Below are positions 37,208-46,568 of a stretch of 64,000 bases of DNA, one piece after another. This stretch comes from Candidatus Eiseniibacteriota bacterium (GTDB taxonomy: Bacteria; Eisenbacteria; RBG-16-71-46; JABDJR01): NCBI GenBank assembly GCA_963783375.1, contig CAWANH010000003.1:192001-256000 (forward strand), written 5' to 3'. How positions within the stretch are numbered: the first letter of the stretch is position 1; every line of letters begins with the position of its first letter. The translations under genes and the position numbers were made by a program. A model generated the notes under the pieces. That model did not search any database. It worked only from the letters and a program-made list of their open reading frames with translations, and was not told where the DNA came from.

Positions 37208-38902
37208 TCAGGGCACAAGCTTCACGTTGAAGATGACGGTGATCCGACTTTGTTTACCACCGGAGTCCTTGGCTGTAAGAATCAGGGAATTGATCCCTCC
37301 CCTGATCACGCCGTTACCTCCTGCCGGGTCGACGGAGAAGAAGCGGATCCCGTCTCCACCCTGGCCGGGGGGCTCGAAGCGGATACCCGCGCGGTTGAGT
37401 TGGGCGCTGTATTCACTGATCGAGCTCAACTCCTCTTCAACGACGGCGTTGAAATCACGGGGATCCTGGTTGGGGGGAGGGGAGTGATTGTCGGAGGCGT
37501 GAAAGCGAACCTCGAGGTCGGGATACTCCCCACTCGGTCCCTTCGCAACCTCCACGGTGGTGGTTTCGGGATCAGACGTCCCTGAGGGGGTCGGAAACCA
37601 GATTGGCGATTCACTGCCGGTCGCCGGATCGATGTAAGAGACCTTGGTGAAGAACGCGCGGTAGTTCACGTTCACCATGAGAGACTCGGGCTGTCCCCAC
37701 CGCCCCAGCTCATCCTGGGCCCGGATCAGGAACGTGTAGTTTCCCGAGGTCAGGTCGTTGGTCGCCGGCCAGGGTTTGGCGAGGAAGTAGGTGGCGGCCT
37801 CGGGGAACTTGAACTTGACGCTGAAGGAATCGGGCAGGGTCTGGTAGGCAAACCCCAATCCCCCCTCCAGTCGTCTCGCTCCGTAGTGGGTGACTCCCCC
37901 ACGGTTGGCGGGGTTGACCACCATGTCCCGGGGATCATCGAAACCGGTGAAGTTGAACTGGATCTTACGCGCCGTTCCCTTGTCGGCCAGGGTGGTTCCG
38001 CTCGGATAGGTTTGATTGGTGGCCGGCACCTGGAAGACCTTCCGATGGACCGGGGTCGAGCTGGCCGGGTCCACGACCCAGGTGATCGGGGCGAAGTTGA
38101 CCACCACCGATCGAACGGAGTCCGGCTGGGTGACTCCGCCGGCGTCGTCGATGGCCCGCACGCGGAGGGCCTCCATCCCGGAGTAGTAGGTCGTGGCGTC
38201 TCCCTGCTTCGCGGCCCCGAATTCCTTGGTCCACATCGTGTCGGCCAACGTCCCGCCCCGGAAGATGGGATCTCCCTCGGCCCGATACTTGTAACCGACG
38301 ACGTATCCGCCCTGGTCCACGTCGAAGCCGGACCAGGTGACGGTGATCCTGCCCCCCACCCCGATGGTGTCGGTCGGCGAATACTGGTCAATGGATGTCA
38401 GGAGAACCGACGTATCGATCCCGGCAGAAGTGGTCCAACTCCCGATCGCCGAATGGAAGACGACGTTGGGCGGGTTGAAGTCATGGGCGACGAAGTACGC
38501 CCAGGCGGGGGTAGGATCGACCTTTCCCTCGTTGTCCACCGAACGCACGTAGAACCGATGGCCCAGAATCTGAGGATCGTTGGCCTGAAGAACGAACAGG
38601 CTGTCGGATTTCTCGGTGCGATAGAACCCGTTGAATCCGGGGGTGGTTTCACCGGGACCGAAGCTGGTATCGGTCACCGAAAATTCAAAATGATCGATCC
38701 GACCGTCGGGGTCCGCCCCGGTCCAGTAGAGGTGCACCCGGTAGTAGGCGAGACTACTCTCCGCAGGAGCCCCGGTGATGAATGTCTCGGGGGGAAGGTT
38801 TCGGTCGAAATTCGAAGGATTCTCGCGGCGACAGCTCCACAGGAAAAGCAGCCCGGGAAGGCAGAACCATCCAAGCAGCCCCGCCCAACGCGACAGCTTC
38901 AT
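37208..38902 (-). CDS. Lipoprotein paralogous to the downstream lipoprotein
   Basis: Lipobox-like LWSC; AAAGGAG RBS; NLPPETFITGAP, LYWTGADPDG.IDHFEF, FYVRSVDNEGKVDPTPA. Confidence 0.78.
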   Translation of the reverse strand: MKLSRWAGLLGWFCLPGLLFLWSCRRENPSNFDRNLPPETFITGAPAESSLAYYRVHLYWTGADPDGRIDHFEFSVTDTSFGPGETTPGFNGFYRTEKSDSLFVLQANDPQILGHRFYVRSVDNEGKVDPTPAWAYFVAHDFNPPNVVFHSAIGSWTTSAGIDTSVLLTSIDQYSPTDTIGVGGRITVTWSGFDVDQGGYVVGYKYRAEGDPIFRGGTLADTMWTKEFGAAKQGDATTYYSGMEALRVRAIDDAGGVTQPDSVRSVVVNFAPITWVVDPASSTPVHRKVFQVPATNQTYPSGTTLADKGTARKIQFNFTGFDDPRDMVVNPANRGGVTHYGARRLEGGLGFAYQTLPDSFSVKFKFPEAATYFLAKPWPATNDLTSGNYTFLIRAQDELGRWGQPESLMVNVNYRAFFTKVSYIDPATGSESPIWFPTPSGTSDPETTTVEVAKGPSGEYPDLEVRFHASDNHSPPPNQDPRDFNAVVEEELSSISEYSAQLNRAGIRFEPPGQGGDGIRFFSVDPAGGNGVIRGGINSLILTAKDSGGKQSRITVIFNVKLVP

Positions 38903-38970
38903 CGACAAAGAACTCCTTTCGAGCCGGCACAGACGCCTCCGCTTTTGGGGTTGCCTCCCGTGAGGAACGA

Positions 38971-39000
38971 AAAGTACCAGAGCCCCGTTTCCCCTGTCAA
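38971..39000 (-). promoter_or_regulatory. Putative sigma70 promoter for the lipoprotein operon
   Basis: TTGACA-N18-TACTTT with TG extended -10. Confidence 0.55.
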
Positions 39001-39045
39001 GCCCCGGAGGGGTTGGGCGGAATGGCCCGAACCCCCTTTGCCCCT

Positions 39046-39087
39046 TAAAAGACAAGGGGTTGGAGGCTAAGCCTCCAACCCCTCGTC
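39046..39087 (-). terminator. Rho-independent terminator after the large secreted protein gene
   Basis: 13-bp perfect stem AGGGGTTGGAGGC/GCCTCCAACCCCT, 3-nt loop, followed by TGTCTTTT on minus strand. Confidence 0.8.
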
Positions 39088-39127
39088 AGGATCTACCGGC
39101 AGGTGCCGGCATGAGAGCTACTGGTCT

Positions 39128-42100
39128 TTAGTTGCCGTTCCGAACGACGACCAGCTTCTTGGCGAGATCCTCGCCGTTGGCCCGCAGACGGTAGAAATAC
39201 ACGCCGCTGGCCACCGGGCGGGAATTCCCGTCCGTGGCATCCCACTGGACCGTGTTCGGACCTTCCTGAGCGATACCGTCGAAGACGGTGCGCACCAGGC
39301 GGCCGTTCACGTCGAAGATGTCCACGGAAGCCTTGCCCTCACGCGCCATGACGAACTGGAGAGTTCCCTTGGCGCCGCTCATGAGCGGGTTGGGGGCAAA
39401 GTTGGCGAGCGCCGTCTTGAACTTGCTGTCGGTGATCGGCGGCGGCACAGGGACACCAGCCGTCGGGTCGGCGCAAGCAACGCCCGTATCGTACCCGAAG
39501 AAGTGCAGCACTTCGTGCAGACGCTCGGTCACTGCGGCCTCGTTCGGGTAGTTCGCGGTCGTGAACAGACACGCCTCACCCGTGTCGCGACGATAGTGCA
39601 CCGACAAACCGTCCACCACGGTCTGGTAGGCCGGGGTGGTCGAGGCGTTGGTGATCGACGCGTACTGATAGGTATCGGTGCCGTTGCCGTACTCCTCGTC
39701 TCCCTGCGGCAGGCCGGTGGCGCCGGAGGCGGGGGCGAGGAGGTCGAACGAACGGAACGACGGACAGCCGTTGCCCTGGGCCAGATGACTCACGCTACGT
39801 CCCAGGTTGTTGGCAGCCCGGGGGGTCGGCGAGACAATCGGATCCAGATTCAGACAGGCGGTCGTATCGGCAACGCTGGCCGGGCCGCACCCGGCGTCAC
39901 GCACCGTGGCGCAGGTCCAGTCCACACCGCAGATCTGGCGGAGCAGATAGAGAGGGCCGGTGCCTTCGCCCAGGACCTCTTCGTTGATGGACTCAGCGAT
40001 ACCGTTCCCGCTCAGGTACAGGTTGTTGCCGCCGATTCCGAGCAGGGTCAGCCACGGAGTCAGGACTTCGGCGTCCTCCTTCACGAGGTTCACACCGTTC
40101 AGGTTGCCGCTGTTCCAGACGATCGTCTTGTAGCCGAAGGTCTGGTTGACGGTGGCGCCGTACTGGGTGTTGAGAGGCCGGCCGAAGGACCCCTGATCGC
40201 TCGAGGGAGCGCGGACGTCCCACCGATCCCAACCCACACCCTCGAAGTTGTTCGAGCCGCTGGGGAGGAACGTGGAGAGGCCGGCTTCGATGAAGTTCTG
40301 CGCCCCACGGAGGTCGAAGTGATCCACGTACAGCACGCAGTTGAACGTGGAATCGGCCGCCATGGAGGAAGGCATGACTTCCATCTCGTAGAAGTTGCCG
40401 CCGCTGGTGTCAGGGTCGACGTACCAGGAGGCCCCGCTTGGAATGAAGCGGGCGCGGTACATCATGCTGACACGGGTGCCGGGGGTGAAGAGATCATCCG
40501 GGAAGATGTCGTTCTTCAGCCGGCTGTAGTGACCGAGAGGATCGATCTCGGAGGCGGTCGAGTCGCGCGCGACGTCGCTCGCGGCCGGCCGGCCACCCGG
40601 GTTGTCCTCGTGATAGGCGGTCATCCAGGTACCCACCACCTTGGCCCCGCCCTGCTCGGCGGTGTCCATCCGGGCCGCGTACCAGTCCTGGCCGTTGTGG
40701 AGACCGACGTGCGTGATGAAGCCGTTGGTGAGCCAGGCGTTCAGATTCGAGGTGTTGATGCCGGGTCCCGCATGAACCGCGAACTCGACCCACACCTCGG
40801 CTCCGCCCGTACCGCCGTTGACGATCAGGGTGTCACCGAGGGCCGACAGGGGCTCGGGCGAGGTGAATCCCTTCACGTTGTTGCAGTCGAGCCGACCGGC
40901 GTTGTCCTGACGAAGCAGGCCGCTGGACGGGAAGGAGTCCTGCGGGTAGTCGACGACCGACACCGACAGGAAGGGCGCGGCCGGATCGCCGTAGAGGCCG
41001 AAACGGAGGTTGTCGAACCACGGGGTGCTGTTGGTGATGTTCGTGCAATTGCCGTAGAACTGGCAATAGTTCAGCATCCCGATGGCGATACGCATCTGCT
41101 CGGCGCCCACGTCGGCGACGGTGCTGAAGTCGATGTCCACCGGATCGGCGTCGTCACGGCAGGTAGGAACCCCACCGAAGTAACGCACGTACCCGTCCGA
41201 AGTGAACGGGGCGGTGTAGATCAACTGGGTCGCTTCGCAGGTGGCCGGGTACCACTGGACGTTGGTCTGCACGAAGATGTAGTTCTTCAGGGGCAGCTCG
41301 AAGTACCCGTAGAACTCCATCAGCTTGCCCGGGGAACCGTTGAGGCCGGCCTCAACCAGGTCGATCCAGGGCGAAGCGGCGATATTGTCCTGCAGGAAGG
41401 TGTGACCACCGGAGTTCGGGTCCGTGAAGACCAGGACCGAGTCGGTCAGGTTGCACCCGCAGGGATCGCCAACGGCCGCGGAGTTGAACGGAACGATGTT
41501 CGAGTACTCACCGCCCTGGCCCTCGGCCGGGGGCAGAAGGAGCCAGCCGTCGTCGCCGGTCTCGAACGTGTCGGTGGTGCTGTTCCCGCCGCCGTTCACC
41601 GCGACATCGTCCACCGCGAAGCCACCGCACGTGGTCGGGTTGAACCCGTCCTCGTCCGAGTAGGCACCGTCGGAGGAGATGCAGTACTTCAGCGTGTAGG
41701 TCCCGGCGTCCGACCGCATGTCGGTGCCCGGGGTCAGCGAGAAGCTGGCGGCGGACGCGGCGATGGTGCCGGTGTACCGGACGATCTCGATGTCCGGATC
41801 CGTGCCGTCTCCGCTCGTGTCGACGTAGGCGATGCCGTAGTCGAAGTTCGTCTCGGTGTCGTTGGTGTAGTTCCAGCCCCACGTGACGTTGCCGCCACCG
41901 TTGTAGCTGAAGTCCTTGCCGACGCAGATGAACCAGTTGTTGCCGTAGCCCTGGCCGTCCGCGTAGCAAAGATCGTTGGCTTCGGTCAGCAGAGCGCCGG
42001 CCCACAACGAGGCGTTTCCACCCAGACCCGCCGGACTTCCGACGCACGGGGTTCCATCCCACGCCGCACCGGTGGTCAGGCGGCGGAAGTAGGTCAACTC

Positions 42101-42466
42101 GCTGTAGGTGTTGTCAATCCCAACCCATCCTTCCATCAGGGTGTGAAGGGCGGCGTTCTTGTACGGATTGGCGTAGGAAACGGGCGCGAAAGTGGAAGCG
42201 GTTCCGGTGTCAAAGGTCCAGAGACCGTTCTGATTCGCTTCCCAGCGGTTGTCCACCGCATCCCAGTGGGTGCCACCGAACCAGGTGGTTCCCGCTACAG
42301 CCGTTCCGAACACCCCCGGATTGCTCGTCTGCATGGCGTCGGTCGTCTTCGACAGGTCCATGTACATGAACTTGTCGAGCTTGCCGGCCTGCTCCGCGGG
42401 CTTCGCGAAAGCAACGGCCGTCAACGCCACGACGAGCATCAGGGTGATGCTCAAGGCTTTTCTCAT
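39128..42466 (-). CDS. Large (1112 aa) Cys-rich secreted protein with C-terminal FlgD-Ig/T9SS-like domain; candidate major surface protein
   Basis: Start MRKALSITLMLVVALTAVAFA at 42466 with GGAGGT RBS; InhA/MAM-like ETNFDY...SDG.YSDEDG...VDDV; C-terminal FAPNP...IFDVNGRLV...WD.TD...VASGVYFYRL. Confidence 0.88.
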   Translation of the reverse strand: MRKALSITLMLVVALTAVAFAKPAEQAGKLDKFMYMDLSKTTDAMQTSNPGVFGTAVAGTTWFGGTHWDAVDNRWEANQNGLWTFDTGTASTFAPVSYANPYKNAALHTLMEGWVGIDNTYSELTYFRRLTTGAAWDGTPCVGSPAGLGGNASLWAGALLTEANDLCYADGQGYGNNWFICVGKDFSYNGGGNVTWGWNYTNDTETNFDYGIAYVDTSGDGTDPDIEIVRYTGTIAASAASFSLTPGTDMRSDAGTYTLKYCISSDGAYSDEDGFNPTTCGGFAVDDVAVNGGGNSTTDTFETGDDGWLLLPPAEGQGGEYSNIVPFNSAAVGDPCGCNLTDSVLVFTDPNSGGHTFLQDNIAASPWIDLVEAGLNGSPGKLMEFYGYFELPLKNYIFVQTNVQWYPATCEATQLIYTAPFTSDGYVRYFGGVPTCRDDADPVDIDFSTVADVGAEQMRIAIGMLNYCQFYGNCTNITNSTPWFDNLRFGLYGDPAAPFLSVSVVDYPQDSFPSSGLLRQDNAGRLDCNNVKGFTSPEPLSALGDTLIVNGGTGGAEVWVEFAVHAGPGINTSNLNAWLTNGFITHVGLHNGQDWYAARMDTAEQGGAKVVGTWMTAYHEDNPGGRPAASDVARDSTASEIDPLGHYSRLKNDIFPDDLFTPGTRVSMMYRARFIPSGASWYVDPDTSGGNFYEMEVMPSSMAADSTFNCVLYVDHFDLRGAQNFIEAGLSTFLPSGSNNFEGVGWDRWDVRAPSSDQGSFGRPLNTQYGATVNQTFGYKTIVWNSGNLNGVNLVKEDAEVLTPWLTLLGIGGNNLYLSGNGIAESINEEVLGEGTGPLYLLRQICGVDWTCATVRDAGCGPASVADTTACLNLDPIVSPTPRAANNLGRSVSHLAQGNGCPSFRSFDLLAPASGATGLPQGDEEYGNGTDTYQYASITNASTTPAYQTVVDGLSVHYRRDTGEACLFTTANYPNEAAVTERLHEVLHFFGYDTGVACADPTAGVPVPPPITDSKFKTALANFAPNPLMSGAKGTLQFVMAREGKASVDIFDVNGRLVRTVFDGIAQEGPNTVQWDATDGNSRPVASGVYFYRLRANGEDLAKKLVVVRNGN

Positions 42467-42841
42467 CGTGCTACCTCCATCGTTGCAAGACACTAGAGTT
42501 GAGCGCATCGAGTGATGGATTTGCCATCCCATTTGGGCCTCGGTCCTCTGAACTTCCCCGACCGTCTCCCGGCGAAGCGCTTGCCGCCACCTTTCCCTCG
42601 ATCCCGGCCCGGCGGCCGGGGTCCAGGTTCCGGCGCTCTCTCCGTCCTTCGTCGTTCCTGGGCCTCGAGAAAGCAAAGCCTTTCTGGAAGCGGGAACCTT
42701 TCGATGGATCGGGCGGTTCAAGCAGCGACAAGGAACACGTACGCTAGACGCACGGGAACGCTTCGCCTTGGATGGGAAGGTCCCAGACCTCAGCTCTAAC
42801 GTTCCCTGGAGTAGCAGGGAGTAGGTACCGAACCCGAAAAA

Positions 42842-42870
42842 AGTATAGCAACGGTCCTCCCTGATGTCAA
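42842..42870 (-). promoter_or_regulatory. Near-consensus sigma70 promoter for the large secreted protein gene
   Basis: TTGACA-N17-TATACT with TG extended -10. Confidence 0.8.
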
Positions 42871-43669
42871 GCGAGCCCTGCTCTATCCGAAAGCAGAGCA
42901 TGAACCTGCGCGATGTGCACCCCCTCGGGAGGACATCCTCCGAGCCCTCCTCCCCCCCTCCCGACAGGGCTTTCAAGGAGATCCAAAGTTTTTGTGAAGG
43001 CCGTTCTGTAAGGGATAGAAGAGCTTCCATGTCCGGTCGACCGAGTACGGCTCCGAGCGACCCGGTCGCGACCGCGACGCCGGCGGCCAGCACCACGACC
43101 CACGGATCGAGACCCGAGTACGCCTCGAATCGGTGGGTCGCGACCCAGATCGCGCCGACCCGGTTCCGAACCCGGTCCTTCAGGATTTCGAGAAGCCCTC
43201 TCTCCCCCTCGCGGTCGAGACCCGCCTCGGGTTCGTCGAGAGCCCAGTTGGAACGGCCGGAGAGGAGCAGGAGCCCGAGGGCGAGGCGGCGCCGTTCCCC
43301 GGCGGAGAGGGCCCGCGACCGCCGGGAGAGCGGAGTTCCCTCCAGACCGACCCGGGCCAGGATCCGGCGGAGCTCGGCCCGCCGCCCCCGCCCCGGCCGG
43401 ACCTGCCCGCAGAGATCCTCGGCCAGGTTGCGCCCGGCCAGGGCCCGTTCCGGGAGCTGGGGAAGGTAGGCGGCGTCGCCTCCCCCCCTTTCGATCCGCC
43501 CCGCGTCGGGCCGAATCGCCCCCCCGAGGATCCGCAGCAGGGTGGTCTTGCCCGAACCGGTCGGGCCCAGCACGAGCCAGGGACGATCATCGGGCCCTTC
43601 GAGGTCCACGGGGCCCAGAACGAAGCCTCCCGGACCGGGGTGGCGATAGGTGAGTCCCCGGAGGATCAC
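42867..43669 (-). CDS. ABC ATPase, ECF (CbiO/EcfA)-like; apparent frameshift at C7 run 42952-42958
   Basis: GPTGSGKTT, YLPQLPE, LSAGERRRLAL, LDEPEAGLD, VATH; one added G gives a C-terminus ending at TGA 42867. Confidence 0.75.
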
Positions 43670-44514
43670 GGCTCGGCCTCCGCGGTCACCCGCTCGGCCA
43701 TGGCCTCGGCGGTCCATCCCGTCCCCGGCAAACGCCAGCCGAGGGAGCGCAGCTTCCCTTCCAGCCAGAGTCCCAGCGGGGGGGCCACCGTCTCGGGAAG
43801 CCGGGCGGCCAGCGCCCGGGCCGGAACATCCCACACCCGGAGCCGCCCGTCCTCCAGCACCCCCACCCGGTCCGCCTCCAGCGCAGCCTCCCCGTCGTGG
43901 GTGGCCAGGAGGACCGCACCGATCTTCCCTTCCCGAACCCGGGCGGTGATCTTCCGCCAGTGGACGAGCCCGGCTCCGGGGCCCAGGTAGAGGAAGGGGT
44001 CGTCGAGAAGAATGAGGGGCGGATCGAGCACCCAGGCCGCGGCCAGAAGGCAGAGCTGCTGCTCTCCCGCCGAGAGACGGAGAGGGTCGCGCCCGGCCAG
44101 GGCGGTGAGGCCGAACTCGGCGAGAGCCGCGTCGCGGCGGTCTTGAAGCTCCCGGCCACCGAGGCCGAGGTTCTCCAGGGCGAACTCCAGCTCTCCGGCC
44201 ACCGTCCCCCCCACGAACTGGGACTCGGGGTCTTCCAGGATCAGCGCCACCCGGCGGGGGTCGAATCCGCCTCCGTCGGGGTGCAGGACCCGTCCCGCCC
44301 GCGGCGCCCAGAGCCCGGCCGCGGTGCGGAGCAACGTGCTCTTTCCGGCGCCGTTTCCCCCCAGGAGCACTCCGATCTCCCCTCGCCGGAGCCGAAGGCT
44401 CACCCCCTGGATCACCGGTTCGCGCGCCCCGGGAGGCCCCGCGGCCACGTTTTCGAGATCGAGCAGCGGAGGGTCCTCGGAAGGGGGAGCGGCTTTCACC
44501 GGGTCTTCCGCCAT
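43666..44514 (-). CDS. ABC ATPase, ECF (CbiO/EcfA)-like
   Basis: GGNGAGKSTL, EDPESQFVGGTV..EL.FALEN, LSAGEQQ, LLDDPF (Asp at the catalytic Glu position), LATH. Confidence 0.82.
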   Translation of the reverse strand: MAEDPVKAAPPSEDPPLLDLENVAAGPPGAREPVIQGVSLRLRRGEIGVLLGGNGAGKSTLLRTAAGLWAPRAGRVLHPDGGGFDPRRVALILEDPESQFVGGTVAGELEFALENLGLGGRELQDRRDAALAEFGLTALAGRDPLRLSAGEQQLCLLAAAWVLDPPLILLDDPFLYLGPGAGLVHWRKITARVREGKIGAVLLATHDGEAALEADRVGVLEDGRLRVWDVPARALAARLPETVAPPLGLWLEGKLRSLGWRLPGTGWTAEAMAERVTAEAEP

Positions 44515-45752
44515 GCCTCCTCCACCTCGCGGCGCAGCTCCGCGGGAGGAATCCCCCGTCGCCGCGCCGCCGCGGCCAGGTCCTCGAACTCCACGTGCGG
44601 GCGCTCGCCCCCGCCGGGAAGGAGCGCCACCTTCACCCGGATCTCCCCTTCGGCGAGACGCACGCGGTCCACCCGGCGCGGAAGCGCCACCCGCTCCTCC
44701 ACCCGCCAGCGCGCTCCGAGGGAGGGGGATTCCCGCACCACCCTCGATGCGAACCCGGGGCCCGCCTCCGCCGGCGCGATCACCCGGAGCAGGAACCCGG
44801 GACGGCTCTTCTTCATGAGGAGGGGGCTCAGAGTCACGTCCAGGGCCCCGGCGTCGAAGAGAACCTGCATCAGGTGCCCGGCGTCTTCGGGGGTCAAGTC
44901 GTCGAGGGACGCCTCGACCACCGCCACCCGCTCCGCGCCCACGGGACCCGCGTCCGCGGTTCCCACGGTGAGCCGGGCCAGATTGGGCCGCCCCGCAGGG
45001 TCCCGCCCCCCGGCGCCGTAGCCGCTTCGCTCCGGTCGCATCACCAGCCCCCCCGGGAGCGGCTCGGCCAGGGCGGCCAGGAGCGCGGCCCCGGTGGGCG
45101 TGGTCAGCTCCCCCGCTCCCGCCTCGAACCGAAGCTCCCGTCCGGCCAGGATCTCCAGGGTGGCCGGCGCGGGGACGGGGAGCGTCCCGTGAGCCGCCGC
45201 CACCGTGCCCCCCCCCACCGCCACCGGCCCGTGGTAGAGGCGGTCGAGCCCGAGGCTCGCCAGTCCCGCCGCGGTCCCCACCACGTCGGCCACCGCGTCC
45301 CACGAGCCGACCTCGTGGAAGTGGACCTGGTCGGGCACGGTGCCGTGCAGCCGCGCCTCCGCCTCGCCCAGGAGCGCGAACGCCCGGAGCGCCCCCTCCT
45401 GGACCGGCGGATCGAGCTCCGCTCCGGTGAGCGCGGCCACGATCTCACGGTAGGGGCGATGGCCGTGGCCACCGTGGCCGTGCGGGTGCCGGTGTTCGCC
45501 CGCCGGGGCCCCGGCGCCGGCGTCACCGGGGCCGCCGGTCTCGATGAGCGCCTCACCGTCGAGAAGCACCTCCACCCGCACCCCGCGAAGCCCCCCGCGG
45601 AGCGTTTCGCTCCGGCGGAGGGTCAGCCGCTCCCCGCCCACCTCGCCCACCGCCCGGGTCATGGCCTCGAAGGAGGCCCCGGCATCCACCAACGCTCCCA
45701 GGAACATGTCGCCGGAGATTCCGGACGGGAGGTCGAGGAGCCCGATCCGCAT
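44496..45752 (-). CDS. larC: Nickel pincer cofactor biosynthesis nickel insertase LarC
   Basis: SGISGDMFLGALVD, His-rich HRHPHGHGGHGHR, VHFHEVG..D, HG.LPVPAPAT, ELTTPTGAA, MKKSRPG. Confidence 0.93.
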   Translation of the reverse strand: MRIGLLDLPSGISGDMFLGALVDAGASFEAMTRAVGEVGGERLTLRRSETLRGGLRGVRVEVLLDGEALIETGGPGDAGAGAPAGEHRHPHGHGGHGHRPYREIVAALTGAELDPPVQEGALRAFALLGEAEARLHGTVPDQVHFHEVGSWDAVADVVGTAAGLASLGLDRLYHGPVAVGGGTVAAAHGTLPVPAPATLEILAGRELRFEAGAGELTTPTGAALLAALAEPLPGGLVMRPERSGYGAGGRDPAGRPNLARLTVGTADAGPVGAERVAVVEASLDDLTPEDAGHLMQVLFDAGALDVTLSPLLMKKSRPGFLLRVIAPAEAGPGFASRVVRESPSLGARWRVEERVALPRRVDRVRLAEGEIRVKVALLPGGGERPHVEFEDLAAAARRRGIPPAELRREVEEAWRKTR

Positions 45753-46546
45753 CAACCGCTCTCCCCGCCCGCTTCGGTTCGCGGGTCCGAGGATCCGGCG
45801 GCCAGCCGGGCGATCAGGGCGGCGGCATAGCCCGCGGAGAAGCCGTTGTCGATGTTGACCACGGTGACCCCGGCCGAGCAGGAGTTGAGCATGCCCAGGA
45901 GCGGAGCCAACCCGCCGAAGTGGGCGCCGTAGCCCACGCTGGTGGGGACCGCGATCACCGGTCGATCGGTGAGCCCGCCCACCACCGAGGGAAGCGCGCC
46001 CTCCATGCCCGCCACCACCACCAGGGCCGCGGCTTCGCGGAGGAGGGCCTGGTGGACCAGCACCCGGTGGAGCCCGGCCACCCCCACGTCGCGGAGCCGC
46101 TTCACCGGGGCCCCCAGCGCGGTGGCGGTCCAGGCCGCCTCTTCGGCCACCGGAAAATCCGAGGTCCCGGCGGAGATCACCGCCACCGTCGCCGCCGGAG
46201 GCGGCGCCTCGCTTCCCGGTCGGTGGAAAACCCGTCCCTCGGCGGAGTGGGCCCCGTCAGGGAAGCGCTCGCGAAGGGCGGCGGCGGCCTCGGGGGCGAG
46301 CCGGGTGGCCAGGAGCGGCTCCCCCGCCGCAACGATCCGCTCCGCGATCGCGGTGATCTGCTCCACCGTCTTTCCCTGGCCGAAGATCACCTCCGGGAAG
46401 CCGCAACGGATCCCGCGCTGGTGATCCACGGTCGCTTCCGGGGTGGCATCGGCGGGAAAGCCGCGCAGGGACTCGTAGGCCGCGCCGGAGCTGAGCGCTC
46501 CGCGGGCCACATCGTCCAGGATCCGACGCAGGCGTTCGGGGGTCAC
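45752..46546 (-). CDS. larB: Nickel pincer cofactor biosynthesis carboxylase/hydrolase LarB
   Basis: GFPEVIFGQGK, AGTSD.PVAEEA, DVGVAGLHR, AGMEGALPSVVGGL, VPTSVGYG, VNIDNGF. Confidence 0.94.
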   Translation of the reverse strand: MTPERLRRILDDVARGALSSGAAYESLRGFPADATPEATVDHQRGIRCGFPEVIFGQGKTVEQITAIAERIVAAGEPLLATRLAPEAAAALRERFPDGAHSAEGRVFHRPGSEAPPPAATVAVISAGTSDFPVAEEAAWTATALGAPVKRLRDVGVAGLHRVLVHQALLREAAALVVVAGMEGALPSVVGGLTDRPVIAVPTSVGYGAHFGGLAPLLGMLNSCSAGVTVVNIDNGFSAGYAAALIARLAAGSSDPRTEAGGESG

Positions 46547-46568
46547 GCGGAAAGGCCCCGGGCGGCGG

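Noticed and set aside
42660-42700. GCAAAGCC resembling part of a c-di-GMP-I riboswitch
   Set aside because: Wrong strand for the leader and the GGCAAAC/GAAA elements are missing
33060-42870. Prophage or mobile island as the cause of lower GC
   Set aside because: No integrase, transposase, phage genes or boundary repeats; amino-acid composition and expression bias can explain it
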